Positions 53,455 through 62,041 of a stretch of DNA of 62,758 nucleotides are shown here, one piece after another. A model generated the notes under the pieces. It worked only from the letters and a program-made list of their open reading frames with translations. It ran no database searches and was not told the origin of the DNA. Each line of letters begins with the position of its first letter. Within the stretch, counting starts at the first letter, position 1. A program made the translations under genes and the position numbers. This DNA is from Verrucomicrobiota bacterium (GTDB taxonomy: Bacteria; Chlamydiota; Chlamydiia; Chlamydiales; JAEYWL01), in NCBI GenBank assembly GCA_023428915.1, contig JAEYWL010000058.1, positions 1-62,758 of the forward strand. Reading direction: 5' to 3'.

Positions 53455-55764
53455 TTAGTAAATCCTTTGATCCCTTACAGTCTCATACAGCCTTAGGCCA
53501 GAAGGTGCGCGGTAGCCAACGTCGCGGAGCCAGGCAGACATGCCATATTTCCACTTTTCACGGCAGCTGCAGGTGTAGAAAATATCGAGCGGCATGCTGA
53601 TTGAGAAGCCTTTATCGTAGTAGATGGAGCCATTGATGCGATCGTGGCCATTTGTCACCGTATACCAAAAAGAGAGTTTTAAGCCGCTTTCGAAATTGCG
53701 CGACACTTCTGTGCGTACGCCCCAGTCATTAGCAAGGAATTTTCCGGCGCTGACTTTCAGGTCGAGCATAATTTCATCTAAGTTGTAGTAGAAATCGACA
53801 AAACATTGAGAGCCTAAAAAGTGCACCCAGGTTGGGATGTAGCCTTTATTTTTGCGGATTTTATTGGTGAAGCCGACGCCCGTAAGGGTGCGGCGTTTTA
53901 GGCAGGCTCCTTCCAGGCCCACGGCCCAGCAAGAGTTCACCGGATAGTAGAGGGCTTCTGCTGAAATACCGCCATAGGCCTGATCAAAATAGCCAAGCGA
54001 CAACCTGGTAAATACTCCGCAGCCCATATTCCAATCCTTTTGCAAAAATGCCTTGTCTACGGTGATGCATTTTTGCTTGTAGTAATCGACATAGTCTGTA
54101 CGCACGTTAATCAACTGTGAAGGGTTTAACAAGTCAATTGATTGAATATGGTGGATGTTGCCAAGCGGGGTCCACCCCAGCATAAATTGGTAATAGACAT
54201 TATTGGGAAAAAAGCCTTCAATTCCAGCATTGAGGCCAAGGGCATATTTGAATTTACCTGCAGAAGAGCCAAAAAAAGTCTGCGTTTTAGGCAGCAATTC
54301 CCAGCAAATAAGCTCCTTATCTTTTTTATAAAGTTCCGTTGCCCGGCAAGGGTCTGGACAACTTGCTTCACATAATGGTGATAACAGGTCTAATTCATAT
54401 CTTGAGATTTCTTTGCCGGCATACAGGCGCAAGAAATCGCCCTCAAAATAGTATTCTTGAATGGGCATGCCCATGTCTTCAATTGTAACAATAACATCAT
54501 CGATATTGGCAGGCAGCAAGGCAGCTAATAAAGCATTGAGGCGATCGCGGACATCGCACTCATCAAAGTAAATGCAATTCAAAGTAGTGATGCGCAATAG
54601 CTTGCGGTTTTCTTTAGTGTACTCCAGGTAGCATTCCAGCAAATCGAACCCCTGCTCTTGGAAAGCAAATACTAATTCTTGCACCATGACTTCTTCAGGC
54701 CTAATGTAGCTAATGGGCTCGATGATTACAGGCGCACTGTAAGGAAGAGGATCGTCGATTTTTGGAACAAATCCTGCCGTTTCACCAAAGTTGTAGGAAG
54801 CTGAAGCCATCCAGGAAAATTTGTTGCCGCGAATGCTGGCTACGGAGAAGTCAAAATAGTCCCATAAGCGGTATTTTAGGCCGTAATTGAAACGGGAATG
54901 GGTTGTGCGGCCATTCGGGTGAGGGTCGTGCTTGTAATTTGTGCCATCAATTTCAGCGACAAAAGTGATGGGATTAAGCCAGGAACACTCCCATCTGCGG
55001 AAAGGCATCCATTGCAAGCCGCCAAATAAATGGTTTAATCGTTGGAGGCCCATGCCAAAGCTGCATTCGAAATCCAAGTCGAGAAACACTTGGGTTAGCA
55101 CTAAATACTGTGCTTTGAAAGCGCGGGTGCCTAAGATGTCGTCAAAACCAAATGCAAGGCCGGGCAGTTTATAATCGCTATCTTCAGGCAAAAATAAGGC
55201 AAATTTAAAGTTAGCCCCTTTATCGGAAAAATCTCCAAAACCATGGGAACTTAAGACCTGGTCTTCAACGCCTGTAAAGATGCGATAATTTCCCGTTAGT
55301 TCCAAATGCGTAAATGGCTGGCAGCGGACGCTCCATATGCGATAAGGGGGAACTGCTGCATAACCTAGGCCCAATTCCCCCATGCATGGCATGCGGGCAG
55401 AAGGCATAAGAATATACCCGCCCTGTAAATACATATTGGTAGCTACAGGTAAACGATCGTTGAGGCGTTGGTTTATGGCTTCAACTGTCAATAAATCGCG
55501 CATCAAACTTTCTTGCAAATCCAGGGGACTCAGTGCCTCGGCCTTTAATGAGCAGATACAGAGTAAAAGAAATACAGTGAGGGTGCGGCAAATAGTAGAC
55601 TTCTTTCGAAACTCGCCTTGATTGAAAAAATTAGCTATTTTTGAGCAAATTTTTAGGGAAATTTTGAGAGCATGTGTAAACACATGGTTGAAAAATTTTA
55701 CGAAAAAGATGCCAAAAAGAGCAATTTTAGCAATCAAATGGAGTGTCGAAAGAAGTCTAATCAT
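53455..55764 (-). CDS. YjbH/GfcD-family outer-membrane protein (exopolysaccharide-associated beta-barrel)
   Basis: 769 aa. GGYILMPSARMPCMGELGLGY parallels the YjbH N-terminal G-x-x-x-P-[ST]-A-R-M...GEL motif. YGGISAEALYYPVNSCWAVGLEGACLKRR and KGFSISMPLDIF parallel the C-terminal YjbH blocks as I recall them from E. coli YjbH. An internal signal-like segment TLTVFLLLCICSLKAEA suggests the true start may be later than the ATG at 55764. Confidence 0.65.
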   Translation of the reverse strand: MIRLLSTLHLIAKIALFGIFFVKFFNHVFTHALKISLKICSKIANFFNQGEFRKKSTICRTLTVFLLLCICSLKAEALSPLDLQESLMRDLLTVEAINQRLNDRLPVATNMYLQGGYILMPSARMPCMGELGLGYAAVPPYRIWSVRCQPFTHLELTGNYRIFTGVEDQVLSSHGFGDFSDKGANFKFALFLPEDSDYKLPGLAFGFDDILGTRAFKAQYLVLTQVFLDLDFECSFGMGLQRLNHLFGGLQWMPFRRWECSWLNPITFVAEIDGTNYKHDPHPNGRTTHSRFNYGLKYRLWDYFDFSVASIRGNKFSWMASASYNFGETAGFVPKIDDPLPYSAPVIIEPISYIRPEEVMVQELVFAFQEQGFDLLECYLEYTKENRKLLRITTLNCIYFDECDVRDRLNALLAALLPANIDDVIVTIEDMGMPIQEYYFEGDFLRLYAGKEISRYELDLLSPLCEASCPDPCRATELYKKDKELICWELLPKTQTFFGSSAGKFKYALGLNAGIEGFFPNNVYYQFMLGWTPLGNIHHIQSIDLLNPSQLINVRTDYVDYYKQKCITVDKAFLQKDWNMGCGVFTRLSLGYFDQAYGGISAEALYYPVNSCWAVGLEGACLKRRTLTGVGFTNKIRKNKGYIPTWVHFLGSQCFVDFYYNLDEIMLDLKVSAGKFLANDWGVRTEVSRNFESGLKLSFWYTVTNGHDRINGSIYYDKGFSISMPLDIFYTCSCREKWKYGMSAWLRDVGYRAPSGLRLYETVRDQRIY

Positions 55765-55811
55765 TAAATTTTTTAGATTCGAAGAAATAAAGCTAATGTC
55801 ATAGCAGGTAA

Positions 55812-56582
55812 TTAGCAGGAATGCAACTTATGTTTTTTAAATAGCTTTTGGATAACCGGTAACCCTATCATTAAGGCAGCCGGAAGCAAGGGATGAATGC
55901 CGCCATCCTGCCAGAGAGTCATTAAATCATGCGAAAGGTCATTCGCATCGGTTGCAAAAGTACTAAAGCAATAGAGAAGGTCATGGAAAATCTGCACCTG
56001 GGCATGTATGTTTAAGCATTCCGCTAAGCTTGGAAAATGTTCTTGCAGAGCATGGCTGATAGCGAATTCTACAAGAGCAGTTAAGGTGGTGAATAAGATG
56101 CCTGCCGCAGCAACTGCCAGCAATGCTGTTTGCCTGCCGAGCATTTTTCCCAAAGGAGTAAGCCCATAAGAGATGGCATAATTAGTTTGTCCTGGCCCAA
56201 AGGGATGAAACTGTATTTTAGGATTAGCTTTGCGAAATAAGGCTAAAGCCATCAAGGCATGCCCTCCTTCATGTACGAAATAATACGGCCCGCATAAGTT
56301 AAAACAATACCCCAAGGTTAGCTTGTCAATGTAAGGCTTCAAGCTGGCAGGGGCGCAGTTATTTAGCCAATTTATAGCGATGCAATAAATCGTAAGCGTA
56401 AGAGAAACTGCGCTAAGGAGTGCAATTCCAGTTGTGCAAAAGGTGCAGCCGAATTGATGGAGCATCATGCAGCCAAGTAGAGGAATAGCGAACTGCTGCA
56501 CTTTATCTTTCAGGGTTTTTAATGGTTGAGAGCGAGCCCAACTCAAAGACGGGGCGAGGTGGGCAGATAATGGGGTTATCAT
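55812..56582 (-). CDS. Polytopic membrane protein with an HExxH motif (putative intramembrane/zincin-like metalloprotease)
   Basis: 256 aa, about 5-6 TM segments. FVHEGGHALMALAL lies at a membrane boundary. No LDG motif of classical M50 site-2 proteases was seen. Confidence 0.5.
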   Translation of the reverse strand: MITPLSAHLAPSLSWARSQPLKTLKDKVQQFAIPLLGCMMLHQFGCTFCTTGIALLSAVSLTLTIYCIAINWLNNCAPASLKPYIDKLTLGYCFNLCGPYYFVHEGGHALMALALFRKANPKIQFHPFGPGQTNYAISYGLTPLGKMLGRQTALLAVAAAGILFTTLTALVEFAISHALQEHFPSLAECLNIHAQVQIFHDLLYCFSTFATDANDLSHDLMTLWQDGGIHPLLPAALMIGLPVIQKLFKKHKLHSC

Positions 56583-56611
56583 GATAAAAAAAATTTAAAA
56601 AATGCAGGGTT

Positions 56612-58252
56612 ATGCGAAAATCGCTTCTAATCTACTTACTAAGGAGTCATATGTTAACAAAATGTCGATTTTGGGCGCTCTTTATCCTTGCCCTGTTGCC
56701 TGCCTGCTTATTTGCTGATTTTCCCCCTTTGCCAACCGGCACTAATATTTCTGAAAACTTGACGCCGGCTGATTCTGCTACTTTGCAAAACAGCATTAGT
56801 TTAGCTGTAAATGATGCCGACCAGGCCATTGCCGTTTGGTTAACCCCTTTAAGCAACTGTTCCTGTACCTTAACGGGAGCTTATGCGACAGCTGAAAGCT
56901 TTAGCGATACATGGTCATTGCCCGCATTAATTCCTTTAACAGGGCTTGGGCTGCCGACTAATGAGGTCATCCATATTGAAGTTGATTTAGATGAAAGCGG
57001 CAACGCTTGGGCTATTCTGACTGTAGGGGATGGGGTACAAAATCAAGTCGCGGTTATGCAGTATTCATTTCTAACTGGAAGTTGGGGAGCGCTTACTGTA
57101 CTAAGCAGCGATGTCGACCCCATTTTTAATGTTTCTATTGCGCAATCTTCTTCGGCAGGATTTGCCGCTGCCGCTTGGGTAAGTGCCAGCGATCAGGCTA
57201 TGGCTGTTATTTTTGATGGAGCAGCCTGGGGAAATGCAATAACTGCTGGCCCTGGGGGTGAAGTAAGCTTTGTCGACATAGATATCAATGATAACCAAAC
57301 CGCAGTATTGGTGTTTACGCAAAACTTTACAAGTCTGGCCAGTAGAGTCTTCAATGGAAGTACGTGGACAAGCGCGGACCAAAGCTTAAGTCCGTTTGGG
57401 GCAAATGTCGTCACTTCTGCAATTGCTGGTTTAGATAATTTCGATAATGGCCTTATCATTTGGGAAGCACAAATGAACCAGAGCTCTATATATGCAAATG
57501 CGGTAGCAGGAGGAGTTGTAAGCGGGACTCCGACTTTGCTTTCTTCGCCATTGCAAGATGGCAGCGTTCCAGCCCTGGATGTTTCTCCAAACGGGCGTTT
57601 TATTGCAGCCTGGCAGGAGACCTTGCCTGCTGCCGGATTTGCCATTGTAGGGCTTGCAGGCACTATAATGGGCTCTGTATCAAATATTGTCCTTTCACCA
57701 AAGATGGACCAATACATTTGTGAAATGCAAGCTTCGATAAATGATATTGGCAATGCGGTGGCGGCTTGGTGCTTGGATATGAATACTATCCAAGCCGTAA
57801 CCAGCCAGGCAGGTGCTGCTTTTACGGCCCCGCAAACGCTTAGCGCCCTTAACGATATTTCAGACCAGCAAGTTACTGGAGTAAGCCTGGCAGGGCCTGT
57901 AGTCGCCTGGTTTGATCACGACCCGGCAAATCCAGCTGTTTTAGTTTCCCGCTTTGGCGGATTGCCTCCTGGCCCTCCTGTAGCTGCCCTTTCTTTTACA
58001 GGCAAAGCTTATAGCAACAAATTCCTCGACAGGTCGCAACGCGTGCATCGCTTAGTTTGGGTACCAACTAATGACATGAGCATTACAGGCTACAATATCT
58101 ATAAAAACGGGCAGTTATTGGATATCATTCCTGCGTCAGGGCCATACTTTTTATTAGATGTGTTGCCGTACAAGCAGCTCGATGAGTACCAGTTAACTGC
58201 ATTTAACATTTATGGAGGGGAGTCGCCGCCGTTGACCGTGGTATTGTACTAG
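56612..58252 (+). CDS. Secreted repeat protein, paralog C (distal, divergent member of the 19292/21115 family)
   Basis: 546 aa (alternative start 56651, MLTKCRFWALFILALLPACLFA). Eight W-type repeats (QAIAVWLTP, GFAAAAWVSA, NGLIIWEAQ, GRFIAAWQET, GNAVAAWCLD, GPVVAWFDH...) plus an Fn3-like C-terminus (HRLVWVPTNDMSITGYNIYKNG...YQLTAFNIYGGES). Confidence 0.7.
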   Translation: MRKSLLIYLLRSHMLTKCRFWALFILALLPACLFADFPPLPTGTNISENLTPADSATLQNSISLAVNDADQAIAVWLTPLSNCSCTLTGAYATAESFSDTWSLPALIPLTGLGLPTNEVIHIEVDLDESGNAWAILTVGDGVQNQVAVMQYSFLTGSWGALTVLSSDVDPIFNVSIAQSSSAGFAAAAWVSASDQAMAVIFDGAAWGNAITAGPGGEVSFVDIDINDNQTAVLVFTQNFTSLASRVFNGSTWTSADQSLSPFGANVVTSAIAGLDNFDNGLIIWEAQMNQSSIYANAVAGGVVSGTPTLLSSPLQDGSVPALDVSPNGRFIAAWQETLPAAGFAIVGLAGTIMGSVSNIVLSPKMDQYICEMQASINDIGNAVAAWCLDMNTIQAVTSQAGAAFTAPQTLSALNDISDQQVTGVSLAGPVVAWFDHDPANPAVLVSRFGGLPPGPPVAALSFTGKAYSNKFLDRSQRVHRLVWVPTNDMSITGYNIYKNGQLLDIIPASGPYFLLDVLPYKQLDEYQLTAFNIYGGESPPLTVVLY

Positions 58253-58278
58253 AGGGTCTTAGGTTTGAAGCAAAAGAA

Positions 58279-58388
58279 CCTCAACGACCCCATGGACTTA
58301 ATGACAAGAGCAAACTGCTTGCCGTTAAGGTCCATGGCGTCGTTGAGGCCGATAATGTCGTTTGTCCATATCGCAGAGTTTAGGAATC
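58279..58388. repeat. Palindromic element related to the one at 34513-34748
   Basis: cctcaacgaccccatggacttaa (58279-58301) pairs with ttaaggtccatggcgtcgttgagg (58325-58348). It shares the exact 15-mer aaggtccatggcgtc (58327-58341 versus 34693-34707) and the 10-mer tttaggaatc (58379-58388 versus 34739-34748). Confidence 0.8.
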
Positions 58389-58396
58389 AGTATTTA

Positions 58397-58816
58397 TTAG
58401 CTGCGTTGGCTCATGATGTACTTAAAGGCCATGACTAATGCCGTTCCTAACACAATACCTGGAGCCTGTACGAAGAGGCCTAGAATAATGCCCCCGAGGA
58501 TTAAATTTTTGATTAAGTCTTCAGTATCCATCTGCTCGCTGAGCTCTAGCACCCAGCGCAAGATATTATCGCCAAAATAGATGCCGCCAATAACACCGAT
58601 TAATAAGCCGCCTAAAAACGGGTGGAAAATAGAAAGCAGAATGCCGATAAATAGGACCACATAAGCGATTGTGGCGCCCATGTTGCTTTTTGTGAATGAA
58701 ATAAACCCTTCAACTTTTGGGCTGCGGCTAAATTCATCAAATCTGTCGGCTATTTTTTTCATGTGATTAGGTTTTTCATCATCCCTGCGTTTGTTAGGGT
58801 CGTTTGGATTTGCCAT
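58397..58816 (-). CDS. Small membrane protein with two bilobed hydrophobic domains (Inc-like candidate)
   Basis: 139 aa. A hydrophilic N-terminus of ~45 aa, then ATIAYVVLFIGILLSIFHPFLGGLLIGVIGGIYFG and later LILGGIILGLFVQAPGIVLGTALVMAF. Confidence 0.5.
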   Translation of the reverse strand: MANPNDPNKRRDDEKPNHMKKIADRFDEFSRSPKVEGFISFTKSNMGATIAYVVLFIGILLSIFHPFLGGLLIGVIGGIYFGDNILRWVLELSEQMDTEDLIKNLILGGIILGLFVQAPGIVLGTALVMAFKYIMSQRS

Positions 58817-59046
58817 AGTATCTCCCTATTGTAAAAGTAAATTTGAATGTACATAACTCCCCGCCTAAGATCAATATTTTTTAAAAGGGTTAATCAATAG
58901 ACGTCAAATTTTATACATCTATTTAAAAGAGGTAACAAAGTCCAAGTTGAATATAATCTTCCCTAATTGTATTCTCTTTTGGAGGATTCAAGGATTTTCA
59001 TGTTCTTTCTATTTTTAAGCATGATCTTATAATTTAAGGTGGTTCA

Positions 59047-61209
59047 ATGAGCTATTTGGAGGAATTTAAGGTAAGTCTGGCCAATAATGATATTTCTAAA
59101 TTTCTTCAGCTTTGGGAAGAATATGTAAATGATGATAAGGTCGACGTCCCTGAATTTAAACAAATTTTAGAAGCAATCAAAAAATCAGATCTGTCCAAAG
59201 TAGTAGGTGGTTATATAGAAACCGCCATGTCGCTTTGGCGCACGATTGAAAATGCAGACGACTCTTATGAAATACTGCGTCTGCTGGTAGACATTCAAAA
59301 TGTCAATACCCCTGCAATGGCTGAAGAGGCCTATCAAGCACTGCATAAAAGACATGGGCATGACCCCCAATTTAAAGATCGTTTACGCCTTATTGGGTTG
59401 AGAACAAGAGAGAACTATCAAGGTTCTTTGAGTAATTATGAGCTTTTAGCTCATATGGCGCGAGGCAAATTTGTATTTCATACAGGCGGATGGGGCGTTG
59501 GCGAAATCGTTGACATTTCTTTAGTGCGTGAGCAGCTGGTAATTGAGTTTGAGCAAGTTGGCGGGCGGAAAGATGTTTCTTTTGAAAATGCATTTAAAAA
59601 TTTAATCCCCTTAAGCGATGAGCATTTCTTGTCACGCCGTTTTGGCAATCCCGACAAATTAGAAGAAGAAGCCCGGAATAATCCTGTTGAAGTGATTAAA
59701 TTGTTGCTGCGCGATTTAGGCCCTAAAACAGCTGCCGAGATAAAAGATGAATTAGCTGAATGGGTCATACCTGAAAAAGATTGGACAAAATGGTGGCAAG
59801 CTACAAGGGCAAAAGTAAAAAAAGACACTTTAATTGAGACGCCTGAAAGCTTGAAACAGCCGTTTGTATTGCGCAGTTCCGAGGTTTCGCACGAAGATCG
59901 CTTCCATCAGGAAATTCATAGTCAAAAAGAAATCAATGAAATTATTTTGACTACTTATAATTATGTCCGGGACTTCCCTAATCTTATAAGAAAAAATGAT
60001 GTAAAGGATTCTATTATTGCAAAACTGGCAGCCTTGCTTGAGGAACCAGATTTGACTCCTGTGCAAGAATTTCAAATATACATTTTCCTGGAGCATCAAT
60101 TAAGTCATAAGCTAGCCGACAAAGGGGTAAAGGAGTTTTTACAGCGTCCTCAAATTGCGGCTAATATTTTATCTATAGTTGAAGAAATAGAGATCATTGC
60201 TTTCAAAAAACGCGCCTTTGTTGCCATACAACAATATCTCAGCAATTGGCCGGAGCTATTTATTTCCCTATTATACCAAGTGCAGCAAAATCTTCTAAGA
60301 GACTATCTGGTTTCCCAGCTAAATAAAGAGCATCCGGGTCTGTTGAACAACAAAATAAGTGCTTTATTAAAAAATCCATTGGAAAATCCTGAGTTTTTCT
60401 GTTGGTATTTCAGCAAAGTTGTCGAGGGAGATGGTCTGCCTTATGCCAATAAAGCCGGCCAATGCCAATTCCTGGAGTCTTTTTTGATTCTCTTTAATAA
60501 AGTGGAAAATAAGCCTGAGTTTAAGGATCTTACAAAAAAGATGTACCTGATGCTAACCGGAAAACGCTACGCAATTGTAAGGCGCATTATAGAAGATTCC
60601 AGCCTCGAGTTTATCAAGGAATTTCTATTGCTGGTAACCAAATGTCAAACATTTAATGATCACGACCAAAAGATTTTACGCTCGCTGGCAGAAGTGGCTC
60701 ACCCAAGCCTGGCAGATGAACGTTCCAAGAAAGACAAGCATGACCAGCATACGATTTGGACCACTGAAGAAGGGTATTTTAAAACTCAAGAGAGAATCCG
60801 GCATCTGGGTACTGTGGAAGTGGTTGAAAATGCCAAGGAAATTGAGGCTGCAAGGGCTCATGGTGACTTGCGGGAAAACTCAGAGTATAAATCAGCTCTA
60901 GAGCGCCGTTCAAGGCTGCAGCGTGAGTTAAAAGAGCTTTCTGATATGCTGAATAAGGCACGTGTTATTACAGAAGAAGATATTTCCAAAGATGAAGTTT
61001 CGATAGGCTCCATAGTGATTATTGCCGATAAGCAGGGAAATACGCAAACTTATACCATTTTAGGGCCATGGGATGCCAATCCCGATAAGCAGATTCTCTC
61101 TTTCCAATCCCGGCTAGCTCAATCGATGCTAGGTTGTAAAAAAGGGGATATGTTTCACTTCCGCGATGAAGAATTTGTAATTAGCGACATTAAGAGCTTT
61201 CTTAATTAG
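59047..61209 (+). CDS. greA: Transcription elongation factor GreA, chlamydial long form
   Basis: 720 aa. The C-terminal ~160 aa are canonical GreA (AARAHGDLRENSEYKSALERRSRLQRELKEL..., GSIVIIADKQGNTQTYTILGPWDANP, SRLAQSMLGCKKGD), preceded by a ~560-aa extension. Confidence 0.85.
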   Translation: MSYLEEFKVSLANNDISKFLQLWEEYVNDDKVDVPEFKQILEAIKKSDLSKVVGGYIETAMSLWRTIENADDSYEILRLLVDIQNVNTPAMAEEAYQALHKRHGHDPQFKDRLRLIGLRTRENYQGSLSNYELLAHMARGKFVFHTGGWGVGEIVDISLVREQLVIEFEQVGGRKDVSFENAFKNLIPLSDEHFLSRRFGNPDKLEEEARNNPVEVIKLLLRDLGPKTAAEIKDELAEWVIPEKDWTKWWQATRAKVKKDTLIETPESLKQPFVLRSSEVSHEDRFHQEIHSQKEINEIILTTYNYVRDFPNLIRKNDVKDSIIAKLAALLEEPDLTPVQEFQIYIFLEHQLSHKLADKGVKEFLQRPQIAANILSIVEEIEIIAFKKRAFVAIQQYLSNWPELFISLLYQVQQNLLRDYLVSQLNKEHPGLLNNKISALLKNPLENPEFFCWYFSKVVEGDGLPYANKAGQCQFLESFLILFNKVENKPEFKDLTKKMYLMLTGKRYAIVRRIIEDSSLEFIKEFLLLVTKCQTFNDHDQKILRSLAEVAHPSLADERSKKDKHDQHTIWTTEEGYFKTQERIRHLGTVEVVENAKEIEAARAHGDLRENSEYKSALERRSRLQRELKELSDMLNKARVITEEDISKDEVSIGSIVIIADKQGNTQTYTILGPWDANPDKQILSFQSRLAQSMLGCKKGDMFHFRDEEFVISDIKSFLN

Positions 61210-61221
61210 GCAATAAATAGA

Positions 61222-61803
61222 ATGGAAATTGTGCTTGCTACCACAAATTTGCATAAAATTCGCGAATTTCGCGAGATGGTCAAAGCCATATTGGCTATTG
61301 ACCTTCTCTCGCTGCACAATTTTCCAGATTATGCCCCTCCAATCGAAACAGGGGCTAATTTCAAAGAGAATGCTATTGCAAAAGCGCTGCATGCAGCTCA
61401 GAAATTGGGCAAAACAGTAATAGCTGATGACTCAGGACTGATTGTGCCTATCTTGGGAGGAGCCCCTGGCATTTGCTCCAAACGATTTGCAGGTTTTGAC
61501 GCCACCGAAACTGAAAATAGAAAAAAGCTGCTTTCCCTTTTAGAGGGAAAAACCGGACTTGAGCGGGCTGCCTATTATGAATGCTGCCTCGCCTTGGCCG
61601 ATAAAGACGGATTAAAAAAATGCGTTACAGCCAGGTGCGAGGGAGTTATAGCTGAGAAAGAAATGGGCAGCCAAGGGTTTGGCTATGATGCCCTATTTAT
61701 TAAACATGACTATGATAAAACATTTGCCGAGTTGGGCAGCGTAAAAAACCGAATTTCACACCGCGGTAAAGCATTTGAGCTATTGATGCAAGCCCTTGCA
61801 TAA
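61222..61803 (+). CDS. rdgB: Non-canonical purine NTP pyrophosphatase RdgB/HAM1 (dITP/XTP pyrophosphatase)
   Basis: 193 aa. IVLATTNLHKIREF, ADDSGL, FGYDALF and SHRGKA motifs. Confidence 0.88.
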   Translation: MEIVLATTNLHKIREFREMVKAILAIDLLSLHNFPDYAPPIETGANFKENAIAKALHAAQKLGKTVIADDSGLIVPILGGAPGICSKRFAGFDATETENRKKLLSLLEGKTGLERAAYYECCLALADKDGLKKCVTARCEGVIAEKEMGSQGFGYDALFIKHDYDKTFAELGSVKNRISHRGKAFELLMQALA

Positions 61804-61850
61804 TTCTATTGCAATAATTACAGCAATAACCCATACTTGTTTCTTTCTAT

Positions 61851-61921
61851 GCGCCTGTAGTTCAATGGTAGAACAGTAGCCTTCCAAGCTACGAGTGTCA
61901 GTTCGATTCTGATCAGGCGCT
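61851..61921 (+). tRNA. tRNA-Gly (anticodon UCC)
   Basis: 71 nt. Acceptor gcgcctg/caggcgc, D-arm gttc-aatggta-gaac, anticodon stem gtagc/gctac with loop ctTCCaa, T-loop ttcgatt, discriminator T. Confidence 0.93.
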
Positions 61922-62041
61922 TTCCTAGGAGCCTGTTCAAAATCTAAGGTTTTGAGCAGGCTCCTATAAACTTCATTAACAACCAAGACCGAAATTCTGT
62001 TACAAGGACAGAATGCCGTCGTCAACATAAAGGGACAAGGC

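Noticed and set aside
57193-57753. 186-aa antisense ORF inside paralog C, with similar long antisense ORFs at 27260-27745, 38966-39421, 31213-31674, 40804-41184 and 5636-6046
   Set aside because: All are embedded antisense or out of frame within genes with strong motif support (NDH-2, GspF, DnaB, GspE, SufB). Their translations are Ser/Arg/Cys/Pro-rich, as expected for shadow frames.
61780-62028. 82-aa minus-strand ORF
   Set aside because: It overlaps the tRNA-Gly(UCC) gene on the opposite strand and has no motif or RBS, so it is a spurious ORF.
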